This document shows, piece after piece, positions 1-9,825 of a DNA stretch of 64,000 nucleotides. A model generated the notes under the pieces. The model did not search any database and had not been told where the DNA came from. It saw only the letters and a list, made by a program, of their open reading frames with translations. This DNA comes from an uncultured virus (IMG/VR IMGVR_UViG_3300032117_000008). Its lineage: Duplodnaviria > Heunggongvirae > Uroviricota > Caudoviricetes. Both the position numbers and the translations under genes were made by a program. The stretch's first letter is position 1. Each line of letters begins with the position of its first letter. The DNA is taken from IMG/VR virus record IMGVR_UViG_3300032117_000008; one strand, 5' to 3'.

Positions 1-38
1 ATAATAACCTTTGTAATTCGTTATCATCTATTTATAAA

Positions 39-590
39 ATGGAGGTTCTTATTAATATCTTCTACGTTGACGAAGATCCTATGGACGCTGCTCAGGCGCT
101 CGTAGATAAACACGTTGTTAAAATGATTCTCGAGAGCGCACAGCTGCTTTCGACAGCACATCGAGTACTTGATGGTCAAGAAATCGAAGGTAAATCAGCA
201 ACTGGTCGTAAAGCTCGTCGTTGGATTCTTCCAGACGCTCGTGACGATGTTATGTATGCTGCTACGCATATCAATCATCCGTCAGCCGTTTGGTGCCGCA
301 CTTCTGTACGTAACTACGATTGGCTCGTAGATCACTTTTACGCTTTGATGCGAGAGTATAATCATCGTTATAACAAAACGCACAAATGCTACGGTGAACT
401 CTCATATATGCTTCAATCTCCGCCGCATAACTTGAAAGCTTGGGAGTGGACTGAGATGCCATCTTGTATGGCAGAAGAGTATATTATTTCTAAAGACCCG
501 ATAATCAATTATCGTAATTATTATCGCGAAGGTAAGAAAAATTTACACAAATGGACTAACAGACAACCTCCGGAGTGGATCAATGCGTAG
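39..590 (+). CDS. Pyrimidine-dimer DNA glycosylase (DenV-like) family protein
   Basis: NIFYVDEDP..A..DKHVVKMILESAQLLSTAH and THINHPSAVW motifs. Confidence 0.7.
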   Translation: MEVLINIFYVDEDPMDAAQALVDKHVVKMILESAQLLSTAHRVLDGQEIEGKSATGRKARRWILPDARDDVMYAATHINHPSAVWCRTSVRNYDWLVDHFYALMREYNHRYNKTHKCYGELSYMLQSPPHNLKAWEWTEMPSCMAEEYIISKDPIINYRNYYREGKKNLHKWTNRQPPEWINA

Positions 591-786
591 TTGGGAATGG
601 GACTGGTTTATTGGATGGACCTGTGCGACAGTAATGGTTTTAGGTATTGTAAGTATGATTTACTTTGGCGTTCAAAGTACGAATGAGAAATATTATGCAT
701 CTATGGATAAGTGCATTTCTGTTGGTGGTTCATTTGTTCCTACATCTCAAGGTAATGCAATTTGTCTTATGAGTAACAAGCAATGA
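583..786 (+). CDS. Small membrane protein
   Basis: One hydrophobic segment; overlaps neighbours in the operon. Confidence 0.6.
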   Translation: MRSWEWDWFIGWTCATVMVLGIVSMIYFGVQSTNEKYYASMDKCISVGGSFVPTSQGNAICLMSNKQ

Positions 787-1073
787 ATAAAGACGAAATG
801 ATTTTGTCTTTAGAAAAAGAATTAGAAGAAGAAATAAAAACTTGGAAGAGAAATTCTCCAAAAGAAATACACCGTAAAAAAGAAGAAAGAATTTTTTTAT
901 TTCGTTCTGTTATTGCGTATTTAAAGGGAAATTTTAAATTGAGAGAATCTTCTCTTGATTCAAAAATTAGTAAAGCTTATGGTAAAGATGCTATCAAGCA
1001 AGCTGCAGATGGTAAATTTTTTAGAGATACACTAGGGTCTGCTTGGGCTATAAAAAAGGAAGAATCAAAATGA
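783..1073 (+). CDS. Hypothetical protein
   Basis: Start and stop overlap both neighbours. Confidence 0.55.
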   Translation: MNKDEMILSLEKELEEEIKTWKRNSPKEIHRKKEERIFLFRSVIAYLKGNFKLRESSLDSKISKAYGKDAIKQAADGKFFRDTLGSAWAIKKEESK

Positions 1074-1453
1074 CTATGTTTACAGACGTTCGTGATTTTC
1101 ATCAGGCATTTGGTCAGCGTATTGGCGATAAGCCAGAGTTTCCTGATGACGATGAGCGCAAGCTTAGAGTAAAGCTTCTTAGAGAAGAAGTCCGAGAATA
1201 TATGGACGGTGAATCATTCAATGATCTTGTTGAAGTCGCTGATGCACTAGCTGATATTATTTACATCGCTTGTGGTACTGCCGTTTCTTATGGCATTCCT
1301 CTCGACGATATTTTTGCTGAAGTTCATAGAAGTAATATGGCTAAACTTGTTGATGGTAAAGTACTTCGTCGTGAAGATGGTAAAATAATGAAGCCCGAAG
1401 GTTGGACTCCTCCAAACGTTAAAAAAATCTTAGAAAAGAAAATAAGAAGTTGA
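1070..1453 (+). CDS. MazG-like NTP pyrophosphohydrolase (PRA-PH/DR2231 type)
   Basis: LLREEVRE, EVADALADIIY, EVHRSNMAK, RREDGKIMKP. Confidence 0.85.
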   Translation: MTMFTDVRDFHQAFGQRIGDKPEFPDDDERKLRVKLLREEVREYMDGESFNDLVEVADALADIIYIACGTAVSYGIPLDDIFAEVHRSNMAKLVDGKVLRREDGKIMKPEGWTPPNVKKILEKKIRS

Positions 1454-1519
1454 TAATACGTCACAATTAAGCTATAATTGATGCATATATAGTATGTGTA
1501 GATATTGAAGGAGAACAAT

Positions 1520-2893
1520 ATGGTTAAACGTATAGTAGCAAAACAAATTTTTGATTCAGAACATATGTTGGGTAAGTTCCCGACTGAATCTGATTATGAT
1601 ATTGTAATCAATGAAGATACAGATTGTTATTTACCACCTCTTTGTGATATATCCCGAAAAGCCAGTTGTGATCTAGAGTGTAGCGATTGTATGAAAGGTA
1701 ATGACGAACGTAGAATAGCTTTTAAATTTCGTAAAAATTATTTCTCTACAGAAGAACAAAAGTTGGCTTACGAGGGGCTTCGTGAAGCTGCGACACAAAG
1801 TCAAAACAGAGGACTGGCTGCTGGCCCGCGTGGAGAAATATTGGAAGCTCAAGGACCAGGCGGCCGCGATTGGGTGAACGCTTATGAATTAGAAATTCTT
1901 AATTTGTTTTTAGACAACGGTGCTGATCTTGGGGAATTTACTGGAGAAAAGAAAACTGTTGAATCTATTAGAAAAAAGTATAAAGAAGGTAAAGGCGATA
2001 AGGAAGAAGTTCGCGGACACGTTTGGTTACGTAGCGAAGTTATGAAAGAATATCCTGATTATTTTGGTTGGTTTGATAAATGGGTTGATGGTCTAAGTAA
2101 TAAGCCTCATGAAATGATCAAAGCTGAAGCTGAAAGAGCTTTTAATGAATGGATTTCGGACACTAATTACGCTCAATCCGTTTTTTCGGGCGTCGCTGGT
2201 TGGTATGATCGTTACCCGAGAATTCCTTACGGCCGCGCGACTTCTTATACTGAAAAAAACCCAGAGCTATTTAAGAAAGCTTATCCTTTCCTACAATCTT
2301 TGAATCGCGGATTCAAAGATTTGTTGCCATGGCGTTGGAACAACCAAAAAGAAGCAGCTGATAAGCTTGACCCCAGATATCTAGTTCCTGGAACAGTTTT
2401 TACAACTATTACTGTTAACAAATCGTTTAGGACTGCTTGTCATAGAGACGCCGGAGATTTAAACGAAGGTTTATCGAACCTGTTGGTTCTAGGTGATGGA
2501 GAATACACAGGCGGATATCTAGTGTTTCCGCAAGTAAGAATAGCGGTTAATGTTCGTCCTGGAGACCTATTGTTGGTGAATAATCATGAAGTAATTCATG
2601 GTAATACTGAAATTAAACTCAATCATGAAAAAGCAGAACGTATTTCAATCGTTTGTTATTTCCGTGAAAAAATGCTTGAGCTTAAATCTTTCGAATATGA
2701 AAATCTACGTAAACAATTTGTCGACGAGCGTAGATTGAATAAATCGCATAAACTTTGGAGACCTCTTTGGAACGGAGTTTCCCCCGGTATGTGGGAAGAT
2801 CAAGAGTGGTATGATTATCTGAAAGCTCATAATATGGAAGATCCGTATAAGAAAGAAGCTGCAGCTAGTTTAGAGGATTTCTTTGATGATTAA
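1520..2893 (+). CDS. TET/JBP-family 2OG-Fe(II) dioxygenase
   Basis: TACHRDAGD (HxD), HGNT (distal His), RISIVCYFRE (2OG-binding Arg); RBS AAGGAG. Confidence 0.8.
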   Translation: MVKRIVAKQIFDSEHMLGKFPTESDYDIVINEDTDCYLPPLCDISRKASCDLECSDCMKGNDERRIAFKFRKNYFSTEEQKLAYEGLREAATQSQNRGLAAGPRGEILEAQGPGGRDWVNAYELEILNLFLDNGADLGEFTGEKKTVESIRKKYKEGKGDKEEVRGHVWLRSEVMKEYPDYFGWFDKWVDGLSNKPHEMIKAEAERAFNEWISDTNYAQSVFSGVAGWYDRYPRIPYGRATSYTEKNPELFKKAYPFLQSLNRGFKDLLPWRWNNQKEAADKLDPRYLVPGTVFTTITVNKSFRTACHRDAGDLNEGLSNLLVLGDGEYTGGYLVFPQVRIAVNVRPGDLLLVNNHEVIHGNTEIKLNHEKAERISIVCYFREKMLELKSFEYENLRKQFVDERRLNKSHKLWRPLWNGVSPGMWEDQEWYDYLKAHNMEDPYKKEAAASLEDFFDD

Positions 2894-4025
2894 TGAAAAT
2901 AGTGTCCATCCTATAGGTAGATGGAGCGAAATAGAAAAAACAAAAGAAATAATTGACCTCAAACAAGGTATGGATTTTCGCGAACCACAATATCGCCGCG
3001 AAGTATTTTTAAGATTTTATGAATTTCATCTTAAATATCGCTCTCATCCAGGGGCGGTATATTTTATGTTTCCTTATTTACAATACAAATTTTCTTTAAC
3101 AGAAGAAGATATGTATTGGTTGACGTTTATTAACGGCGTAAGTCAAAATATAGTAACAACTTGGACCATCTTTAAAAAATATCCAAATTTCAATATTAAT
3201 CCGAATGAAATTCAACAATATATATTGGATAATTGGAATAAATTAGAATGGGATATGGACCGCCGCTATTGTAAAACTAAATTTGGTAAAGCTCTAGAAT
3301 CTTATCAAACTTTAGTTGGTAATGAAACACAAAAACAATTTTGGGAAGAATTGGGTAGTTTCAAAAACTGTTGGGAAACTGTGTTAAATAAATTTTATGC
3401 TTTTGGTAGGCTTTCGACCTTTTCTTTCCTTGAATATCAGCGTATAATTGGGCTTGATGTAGATTGTGATGAATTATTTTTGACGGATATGTCTGGTAGT
3501 AAATCTCATAGAAACGGTTTAGCGATTGTGTTAGGTAGAGATGATCTAGATTGGCACAATAAAACAAATCCGAATTTTCAAGGATATAAAAAAGAACATT
3601 TAAGTTGGTTGATCGAAGAAGGAGAATTACTTCTTGAAGAATCTAAAATAAGATTTAAAAACAAACCTTTTTATAAAGACGTTTCTTATTTTACTCTTGA
3701 ATCAACGCTTTGTTGTTATAAATCTTGGCACCGTAAAAATAGAAGATATCCTAATGTCTATGTGGATATGTTTCATGATAGAATTAAAAGAGCCGAAAAG
3801 GTTTGGGAAGGTAAAGAAGATTTTAATTTATTTTGGGAAGCTAGAGAAAAATATTTACCGAATAATTTAAGGTTAGAATGTAATCCTTCAGATCCAGGTC
3901 TTCACCCAATTAAACAAAATCATTATTTAAAGACTGGTCAAGTTATAATGATGGATAATGATTGGGAATGTTTTAAGAATGATTTTAATCAAAATTTGAA
4001 TAATAATTTGGAGAAATTTATATGA
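2883..4025 (+). CDS. Putative alpha-glutamyl/putrescinyl-thymine pyrophosphorylase (clade 2-like) amino acid:DNA transferase
   Basis: HhH-like FGRLSTFSFLEY, GSKSHRNGL, ESTLCCYKSWH, RYPNVY; sits between the TET/JBP gene and a P-loop kinase. Confidence 0.65.
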   Translation: MMINENSVHPIGRWSEIEKTKEIIDLKQGMDFREPQYRREVFLRFYEFHLKYRSHPGAVYFMFPYLQYKFSLTEEDMYWLTFINGVSQNIVTTWTIFKKYPNFNINPNEIQQYILDNWNKLEWDMDRRYCKTKFGKALESYQTLVGNETQKQFWEELGSFKNCWETVLNKFYAFGRLSTFSFLEYQRIIGLDVDCDELFLTDMSGSKSHRNGLAIVLGRDDLDWHNKTNPNFQGYKKEHLSWLIEEGELLLEESKIRFKNKPFYKDVSYFTLESTLCCYKSWHRKNRRYPNVYVDMFHDRIKRAEKVWEGKEDFNLFWEAREKYLPNNLRLECNPSDPGLHPIKQNHYLKTGQVIMMDNDWECFKNDFNQNLNNNLEKFI

Positions 4026-4561
4026 AAATTATTGCTATTGGCGGAGAACCTGGTTCCGGTAAATCCACGTTGATGAAAATGATATTGGAAAAATATAAAT
4101 TTGAACCCAAGTATACAAGTTATAAATTAGTTCCTTACCTTCAATTTGATAACATTTACGTATTGGGTAAATACGAAGAAGGGGAAGTATTTTCAGGGAC
4201 AGATCGTATGTCAATGGCAGTACAACCGGAAGCAATAAAGTTTCTTGACTTTTTGAGTAAAGATAGTATAGTATTATTTGAGGGTGATAGGTTATTTACT
4301 TCTTCTTTCCTAGAACATTGTATTGATAATTTCGATACAACAGTAATTTATCTATCAACTACGAAAGATATTAGAACAGAACGTTATAAAGAACGCGGTA
4401 GCGACCAAAATGAAACTTGGTTGGCGGGTAGAGAAACTAAATTGAATAACATAATGACAAACTTCAATATTATGTTTAACGTTGAAAAGTTTGAAAATAA
4501 TAATAAAAAAGACCAATTGGTTGTCTTTGAAAGAATTGTGGATATTATTAATGACAAGTAA
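4022..4561 (+). CDS. P-loop kinase, putative 5-hydroxymethyluracil-DNA kinase
   Basis: Walker A GGEPGSGKST, GTDRMS, FEGDRL, ERGSDQNETW; gene context. Confidence 0.7.
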   Translation: MKIIAIGGEPGSGKSTLMKMILEKYKFEPKYTSYKLVPYLQFDNIYVLGKYEEGEVFSGTDRMSMAVQPEAIKFLDFLSKDSIVLFEGDRLFTSSFLEHCIDNFDTTVIYLSTTKDIRTERYKERGSDQNETWLAGRETKLNNIMTNFNIMFNVEKFENNNKKDQLVVFERIVDIINDK

Positions 4562-4847
4562 AGATAAAAAAATCTCATACAAATATGCTGAAGATCGGAT
4601 TATTGAAGATTTCAAAGCCTATATAGATAAGACATACGATGCTCATTACAAAACAGAAAACGATGTTCAATGTTTTGATGCATGGATTGCTCTCGGGGAC
4701 GCCACTCCTACTTTTCGTAACACAGGATTAAAATATCTTTGGCGTTATGGTAAGAAAAATGGTAATAACAAAGATGACTTGATGAAAACCCTACATTACA
4801 CGCTAATGTGTTTGTTTAACGATCATTATAAAAATAAAGGTGAATAA
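4551..4847 (+). CDS. DUF3310-like (T7 gp1.7-related) protein
   Basis: HY..., LKYLWRYGKKNG...DLMKTLHY. Confidence 0.65.
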   Translation: MTSKDKKISYKYAEDRIIEDFKAYIDKTYDAHYKTENDVQCFDAWIALGDATPTFRNTGLKYLWRYGKKNGNNKDDLMKTLHYTLMCLFNDHYKNKGE

Positions 4848-4850
4848 AGT

Positions 4851-5708
4851 ATGGAAATTAACATTAACGTAGAAGAATTAAGAAAGCGTAAGCTTTTTAT
4901 CGCCACTCCAATGTATGGTGGCGCATGTGCTGGTATGTTTGCTAAGTCTTGTGCTGATCTTTCGGCGATTTGTGCTCAGTATGGAATACCGCTTCAATAT
5001 TATTTTTTGTTTAACGAATCACTGATTACGCGCGCAAGAAATTACTGTTGCGATGAGTTTATGCGTTCCGATGCAGAACATTTGATGTTTATTGATTCTG
5101 ATATTGGATTTAATCCCCAAGACGTTATCGCCTTGATGGCTCTTCAAGCACAAAATCCAGAAAAGTATGATATCATTGGCGGACCTTATCCTAAAAAGTG
5201 TATTTCTTGGGAAAAGATTAAACGTGCGGTAGATAAGGGTGTTGCCGATGCTGATCCTAACGTGCTTGAAAAGTTTGTTGGCGATTTTGTATTTAATCCA
5301 AAGGGCGGTCAACAGTCAATTGCTATTGGAGAACCTTGTGAAGTTCTAGAAATTGGAACTGGATTTATGATGATTACTAAGCCAGCAATGCAGAAGTTTA
5401 CGGACTCATATCCTCAGTATATGTATAAGCCAGATCATGTTCGCACTGAGCACTTTGACGGTACTCGCGAGATCATGATGTATTTTCAAGCTGAAGTCGA
5501 TCCAGTCTCAAAGAGATACTTGTCCGAAGACTATTGGTTTTGTCAAAAGGCTCAACAAATTGAACTTAAGACATGGTTCTGCCCATGGATGAAAATGCAG
5601 CATGTAGGAACGTATATTTTTGGTGGTTCTCTTGCTGATTTGGCGTCAATTGGCGCTGCCGCTACTGCTGACCCTTCTCAGCTAGGCGGTAAACAGAAGA
5701 AGAAGTAA
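4851..5708 (+). CDS. GT-A fold glycosyltransferase-like protein
   Basis: IATPMYGG, SLITRARN, FIDSD (DxD), GTGFMMI, SEDYWFC. Confidence 0.7.
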   Translation: MEININVEELRKRKLFIATPMYGGACAGMFAKSCADLSAICAQYGIPLQYYFLFNESLITRARNYCCDEFMRSDAEHLMFIDSDIGFNPQDVIALMALQAQNPEKYDIIGGPYPKKCISWEKIKRAVDKGVADADPNVLEKFVGDFVFNPKGGQQSIAIGEPCEVLEIGTGFMMITKPAMQKFTDSYPQYMYKPDHVRTEHFDGTREIMMYFQAEVDPVSKRYLSEDYWFCQKAQQIELKTWFCPWMKMQHVGTYIFGGSLADLASIGAAATADPSQLGGKQKKK

Positions 5709-5739
5709 AATATTTAAATTAACGAAAGGTGAATAAATT

Positions 5740-6393
5740 ATGAAGATTGATACTAATACAATTAATGTACTTAAGAACTTCGCAAAGATTAATCCTTCTA
5801 TCGTAATTCAGGAAGGTAATACATTGAAGACTATTTCGACGTCTAAGACTATTATGGCAAAGGCGACGGTAACAACTGAATTTGATAAGCGTTTTGCGAT
5901 CTATAATCTTGATCGTTTTATTTCTGCATTGAGTTTGTTCAACAACCCCGAACTAGATTTCAATGATAAGTACGTTAATATTTTCGACGCCAACAAGAGC
6001 ACTCATTATACTTATGCCGACGAAAGCACGATTACTAAGACTCCGGAAAAGGAAATCAAGCTTCCTTCTATCGACGTTACTTTCACTCTAACCAATGATA
6101 ATTTGAAGGACGTTGAAAAGGCTGCTGGCGTTTTGGGACTTCCGGAAATTGTCGTTGTTGGTGACGGAAAGCTAATTAGCTTGCAAGCCGCCGACACCAA
6201 GAATCCTTCTGGTGATGTGTATTCTGTTGAAATCGGAACAACCAATAAAACTTTTAAGGCTATTTTTAAGTCTGAAAATATCAAGATCATCCCTGGAGAT
6301 TATGAAGTTAGTATTTGTTCTAAAGGTATTTCTTGCTTTAAGGGCAAGGAAGCTGATTATTGGATTGCAGTAGAGCAGTCTTCAACTTTCTAA
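5740..6393 (+). CDS. 45: Sliding clamp gp45
   Basis: LKNFAKINPSI, FAIYNLDRFI, C-terminal YWIAVE; precedes gp44. Confidence 0.92.
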   Translation: MKIDTNTINVLKNFAKINPSIVIQEGNTLKTISTSKTIMAKATVTTEFDKRFAIYNLDRFISALSLFNNPELDFNDKYVNIFDANKSTHYTYADESTITKTPEKEIKLPSIDVTFTLTNDNLKDVEKAAGVLGLPEIVVVGDGKLISLQAADTKNPSGDVYSVEIGTTNKTFKAIFKSENIKIIPGDYEVSICSKGISCFKGKEADYWIAVEQSSTF

Positions 6394-6456
6394 GTTTACC
6401 TTTGACTTGGGAGGGGCTATAATATAGTTCCTCTTTTTTTATCATGGAGATATATT

Positions 6457-7395
6457 ATGAGAGAAGAGTTCCTGTGGGTCGAGAAGTATCGCCCAAAAAC
6501 TATAGAAGAAACTATCCTTCCGATTGAATTAAAAGCTGTTTTTCAACAGTTTGTAGATCAACAAAATATTCCAAACCTTATTCTTTCTGGTTCTGCCGGT
6601 GTTGGTAAAACAACGGTAGCTAGAGCAATGTTAGAACAGCTTGGTTGTGATTACATTGTTATTAACGGTTCTATGAATGGTAATATCGACACTCTTAGAA
6701 ACGAAATCCTAAACTTCGCTTCATCTGTTTCTCTTTCTGGAGGGCGTAAGTATGTTATTCTTGATGAGGCGGATTATCTAAACGCCAATTCGACTCAACC
6801 GGCTCTTCGTAACTTCATGGAAGAGTTTTCTAGAAATTGCGGGTTTATTCTTACTTGTAACTTTAAAAATAGGATTATCGAGCCTCTTCATTCTCGTTGT
6901 TCGGTTATCGACTTTAAAATCGGTAAAAAAGAAATGGCGAAACTCGCGATGCAGTTTATGAAGCGAGTGTCAAACATTCTTAATTCTGAAAACATAGAAT
7001 TCGATAAAGCTGTCGTCGCAGAAGTAATTCAAAAACATTTTCCTGATTGGCGTAGAGTTCTTAACGAGCTTCAGCGTTATTCGGCGACGGGTAAAATTGA
7101 TTCTGGTATTTTGGCTAACCTACAACAAGTTTCTATCAAGGAACTGGTTTCTATGCTCAAGGAAAAGAATTTTTCTGGGCTACGTAAATGGGTTGGGGAA
7201 AATCTTGATAATGATCAGAACAGTATATTTCGTCAGTTGTATGATACAGCCTCAGAATTTCTCCCTCCTACCGATGTAGCTCAACTGGTGTTGATATTGG
7301 GTAAATATCAATATCAAGCGGCTTTCGTTGCGGATCAGGAAATTAATCTTATGGCTTGTCTAACGGAAATTATGATCAATTTGGAATTCAACTAA
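6457..7395 (+). CDS. 44: Clamp loader large subunit gp44 (AAA+)
   Basis: LWVEKYRP, GSAGVGKTT, ILDEAD, SRC motif. Confidence 0.95.
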   Translation: MREEFLWVEKYRPKTIEETILPIELKAVFQQFVDQQNIPNLILSGSAGVGKTTVARAMLEQLGCDYIVINGSMNGNIDTLRNEILNFASSVSLSGGRKYVILDEADYLNANSTQPALRNFMEEFSRNCGFILTCNFKNRIIEPLHSRCSVIDFKIGKKEMAKLAMQFMKRVSNILNSENIEFDKAVVAEVIQKHFPDWRRVLNELQRYSATGKIDSGILANLQQVSIKELVSMLKEKNFSGLRKWVGENLDNDQNSIFRQLYDTASEFLPPTDVAQLVLILGKYQYQAAFVADQEINLMACLTEIMINLEFN

Positions 7396-7778
7396 TGAAC
7401 CCTTTTGATTATGTAAATTCTATTCTTTATTCAAAGAAAAATCTTATAGTTGACGAAGTGACGGAGAAATCATATTCTCCGTTTCTAACTAATAGAGCCT
7501 TGTCGTATCATAAAGACACTATACTTCACGCTCAAGAAATGAATCTTAACGGTCATTTAGACAAAAAACTTCAATTCGATTATTTCATAAATATTATACG
7601 CCCAACAAAAAGAACTAATAGTAAGTGGGCCAAGAAAGAAAAAGATAGCAATATTGAAGCCATTCAAGAATATTTTGGATATAATTATAATAAAGCTAAG
7701 ACTGCATCTTTTATTCTTTCCAAAGAACAATTGAAGGAAATAAAGAAAAAATTAGAAAAAGGTGGTTTAGATAAATGA
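7395..7778 (+). CDS. 62: Clamp loader small subunit gp62
   Basis: YSPFLTNRALS, EMN, LQFDYF, EYFGY; synteny. Confidence 0.88.
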   Translation: MNPFDYVNSILYSKKNLIVDEVTEKSYSPFLTNRALSYHKDTILHAQEMNLNGHLDKKLQFDYFINIIRPTKRTNSKWAKKEKDSNIEAIQEYFGYNYNKAKTASFILSKEQLKEIKKKLEKGGLDK

Positions 7779-8785
7779 TGAAAGTTTTAGATAATTTTTT
7801 TACCGAAGAAATATTAAACAAATTGCTCAAGGATTATAATAATTCGCCAATGAGATATGGTTGGCTTTCTCATGAGCAAAACGACCCACATGGCCATTGG
7901 TTTTTAGATTTTGGAAAAACTAATAGTAAAAATTTATCAGATGTTTCCAACAATATTCCTGAATTTTTATTACACGTTAAAAATTATATAACTGATAAAA
8001 TTGATATTTTAGATAATACTGTTTTAATTAGATGTTATATAGGAGGACATACTTTTGGAGTTGATGGTTATTATCATACAGATAGTACCCGATCTGACGA
8101 AATTACTTTTGTATTTTATTTGGTTGAGGGTAAATGGGAATTTGATTGGGGTGGAGAAACATCTTTCATAACACCAAACGAAGAAGTTTTTTCTGTAATA
8201 CCAAAAAAGAATCGTGTTGTTATTTTTCAATCAAACATACAACATTGCGCACGTGGCGTTTCTAGAAAATATAATGGTTTGAGAAAAACATTAATGTTTA
8301 AATTTAGAAGAAAACGTTCTGATAATTTTGAAAAATTAAGTAGATTTCTTGTTAAACATAATGCGCTGAATTATAATCATATGATAGGTTCATTACACGA
8401 TCATCTGGTTAGAACCTATCAATTATTGGAAAATGGTAATTTACCTGAACATGTATGTTTTGCGGCTGGATTACATTCTGTTTTTGGTACGACAATATAC
8501 AGAAATCAACTTTTAAAATTAGAAGATAAAGACTTAATTATAAATGAATTTGGCGAAAAGACTTTTGAATTGGTTTCATATTTTTCTAGAATCAATAGAC
8601 CAAAAACGTTGGAAACTTATGTTGATAATAATATAGAGTTTAATGATGGTTCGTTTATTAAACTTGATGATGATATTATATTGAATCTCAAGTATATTGA
8701 GTGTGCAAATTTAGAAGATCAAAAAAGCCTAAATATAGAAAAATACCCTAACCTTTATAATTTATGGTATAATAATGTAAAATAA
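7775..8785 (+). CDS. 2OG-Fe(II) oxygenase fused to an HD-like C-terminal domain
   Basis: HTD, WGGET, H...R triad; C-terminal SLHDHLVRTY...AGLHSVFGT. Confidence 0.7.
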   Translation: MMKVLDNFFTEEILNKLLKDYNNSPMRYGWLSHEQNDPHGHWFLDFGKTNSKNLSDVSNNIPEFLLHVKNYITDKIDILDNTVLIRCYIGGHTFGVDGYYHTDSTRSDEITFVFYLVEGKWEFDWGGETSFITPNEEVFSVIPKKNRVVIFQSNIQHCARGVSRKYNGLRKTLMFKFRRKRSDNFEKLSRFLVKHNALNYNHMIGSLHDHLVRTYQLLENGNLPEHVCFAAGLHSVFGTTIYRNQLLKLEDKDLIINEFGEKTFELVSYFSRINRPKTLETYVDNNIEFNDGSFIKLDDDIILNLKYIECANLEDQKSLNIEKYPNLYNLWYNNVK

Positions 8786-8802
8786 TAAGAAAAGAGGCAA
8801 AT

Positions 8803-9201
8803 ATGAATATTCTAGATTCGTTGATTGAAGTGAAAATAGCGGAAGAAGAAGATTTTCTTAAAATTAAAGAAACTCTAACTCGTATTGGTGTCGCTTCTAG
8901 AAAAGATAAAAAGTTATATCAATCTTGTCATATTTTTCACAAACAAGGAAAATATTATATCGTCCATTTCAAAGAAATGTTTTCGATAGACGGTAAGCCT
9001 TCAAATTTTTCAGATGAAGATAAAGGACGCCGTAATAAGATCGTCAGCCTTTTGGAAGATTGGGGATTGTTGAAAGTGGTGGAACCGCAAAAGATTAAAG
9101 AACCAATTTCTCCAATGAGTCAAATCAAAATTATCAATCATAAAGAGAAAAAAGATTGGATTTTAGAGGCTAAGTATAATATGGGTAGAAAAAAGAATTG
9201 A
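8803..9201 (+). CDS. regA: Translational repressor RegA
   Basis: FLKIKETLTRIGVAS, LYQSCHI, YYIVHFKE. Confidence 0.95.
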   Translation: MNILDSLIEVKIAEEEDFLKIKETLTRIGVASRKDKKLYQSCHIFHKQGKYYIVHFKEMFSIDGKPSNFSDEDKGRRNKIVSLLEDWGLLKVVEPQKIKEPISPMSQIKIINHKEKKDWILEAKYNMGRKKN

Positions 9202-9219
9202 TTAGAAGGAAATTATATT

Positions 9220-9576
9220 ATGTTTAAATTCTTAAAGAAAGATCCGCCAACTCCATCTGATAAAATAATAGAAGAAATTAAAAAGATTCTATTTCCTCCT
9301 CTTAAGTTACAAACAGCTTCTAAAGACGGCCAAATAACAAAATTTCATATAGATTATTCGGTCGATAGTAATTTAGACGCGGTATTGATGGATCTTCAAG
9401 AAGGATACAATGACGAGGTTTCTCAAAAAACTATTAATAAAGTAATCAATCGTCTTAATAAGGTTAGAACTTTGTTAGAAGCTTATGCAGAACTTGATAA
9501 AGACGCTCAATATATAATCGTCGAAGATTTGGAGGATAGCGAAGATGTCGAGGCTGCATCAGAAAACTTTAGATAA
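9220..9576 (+). CDS. Hypothetical protein
   Basis: ORF with RBS. Confidence 0.6.
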   Translation: MFKFLKKDPPTPSDKIIEEIKKILFPPLKLQTASKDGQITKFHIDYSVDSNLDAVLMDLQEGYNDEVSQKTINKVINRLNKVRTLLEAYAELDKDAQYIIVEDLEDSEDVEAASENFR

Positions 9577-9790
9577 ATTCATTGACGCTCTTGAAGAAAT
9601 GATAGACGCAAGAGACGATATGTGGGAGGAAGAGAAGTATTCTAACTACAGACAAATGAACCGTATCAAAGAAGAAAGATACGTGCCTGCTAGAGAAAGC
9701 GTTAGAAACTCTTTAGAAAAAATTATCGAACAAATTTCTTCTAAAAATGATTTCTACCTCAAAAATGACTTGACTTCTAAAAAATCATAG
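9545..9790 (+). CDS. Hypothetical protein
   Basis: ORF with GGAGG RBS. Confidence 0.55.
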   Translation: MSRLHQKTLDKFIDALEEMIDARDDMWEEEKYSNYRQMNRIKEERYVPARESVRNSLEKIIEQISSKNDFYLKNDLTSKKS

Positions 9791-9798
9791 GGTATAAT
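9770..9798 (+). promoter_or_regulatory. Sigma70-like promoter
   Basis: TTGACT-N17-TATAAT. Confidence 0.75.
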
Positions 9799-9825
9799 AC
9801 GTGTATGGTTTGAAAGGAGGTCGTT

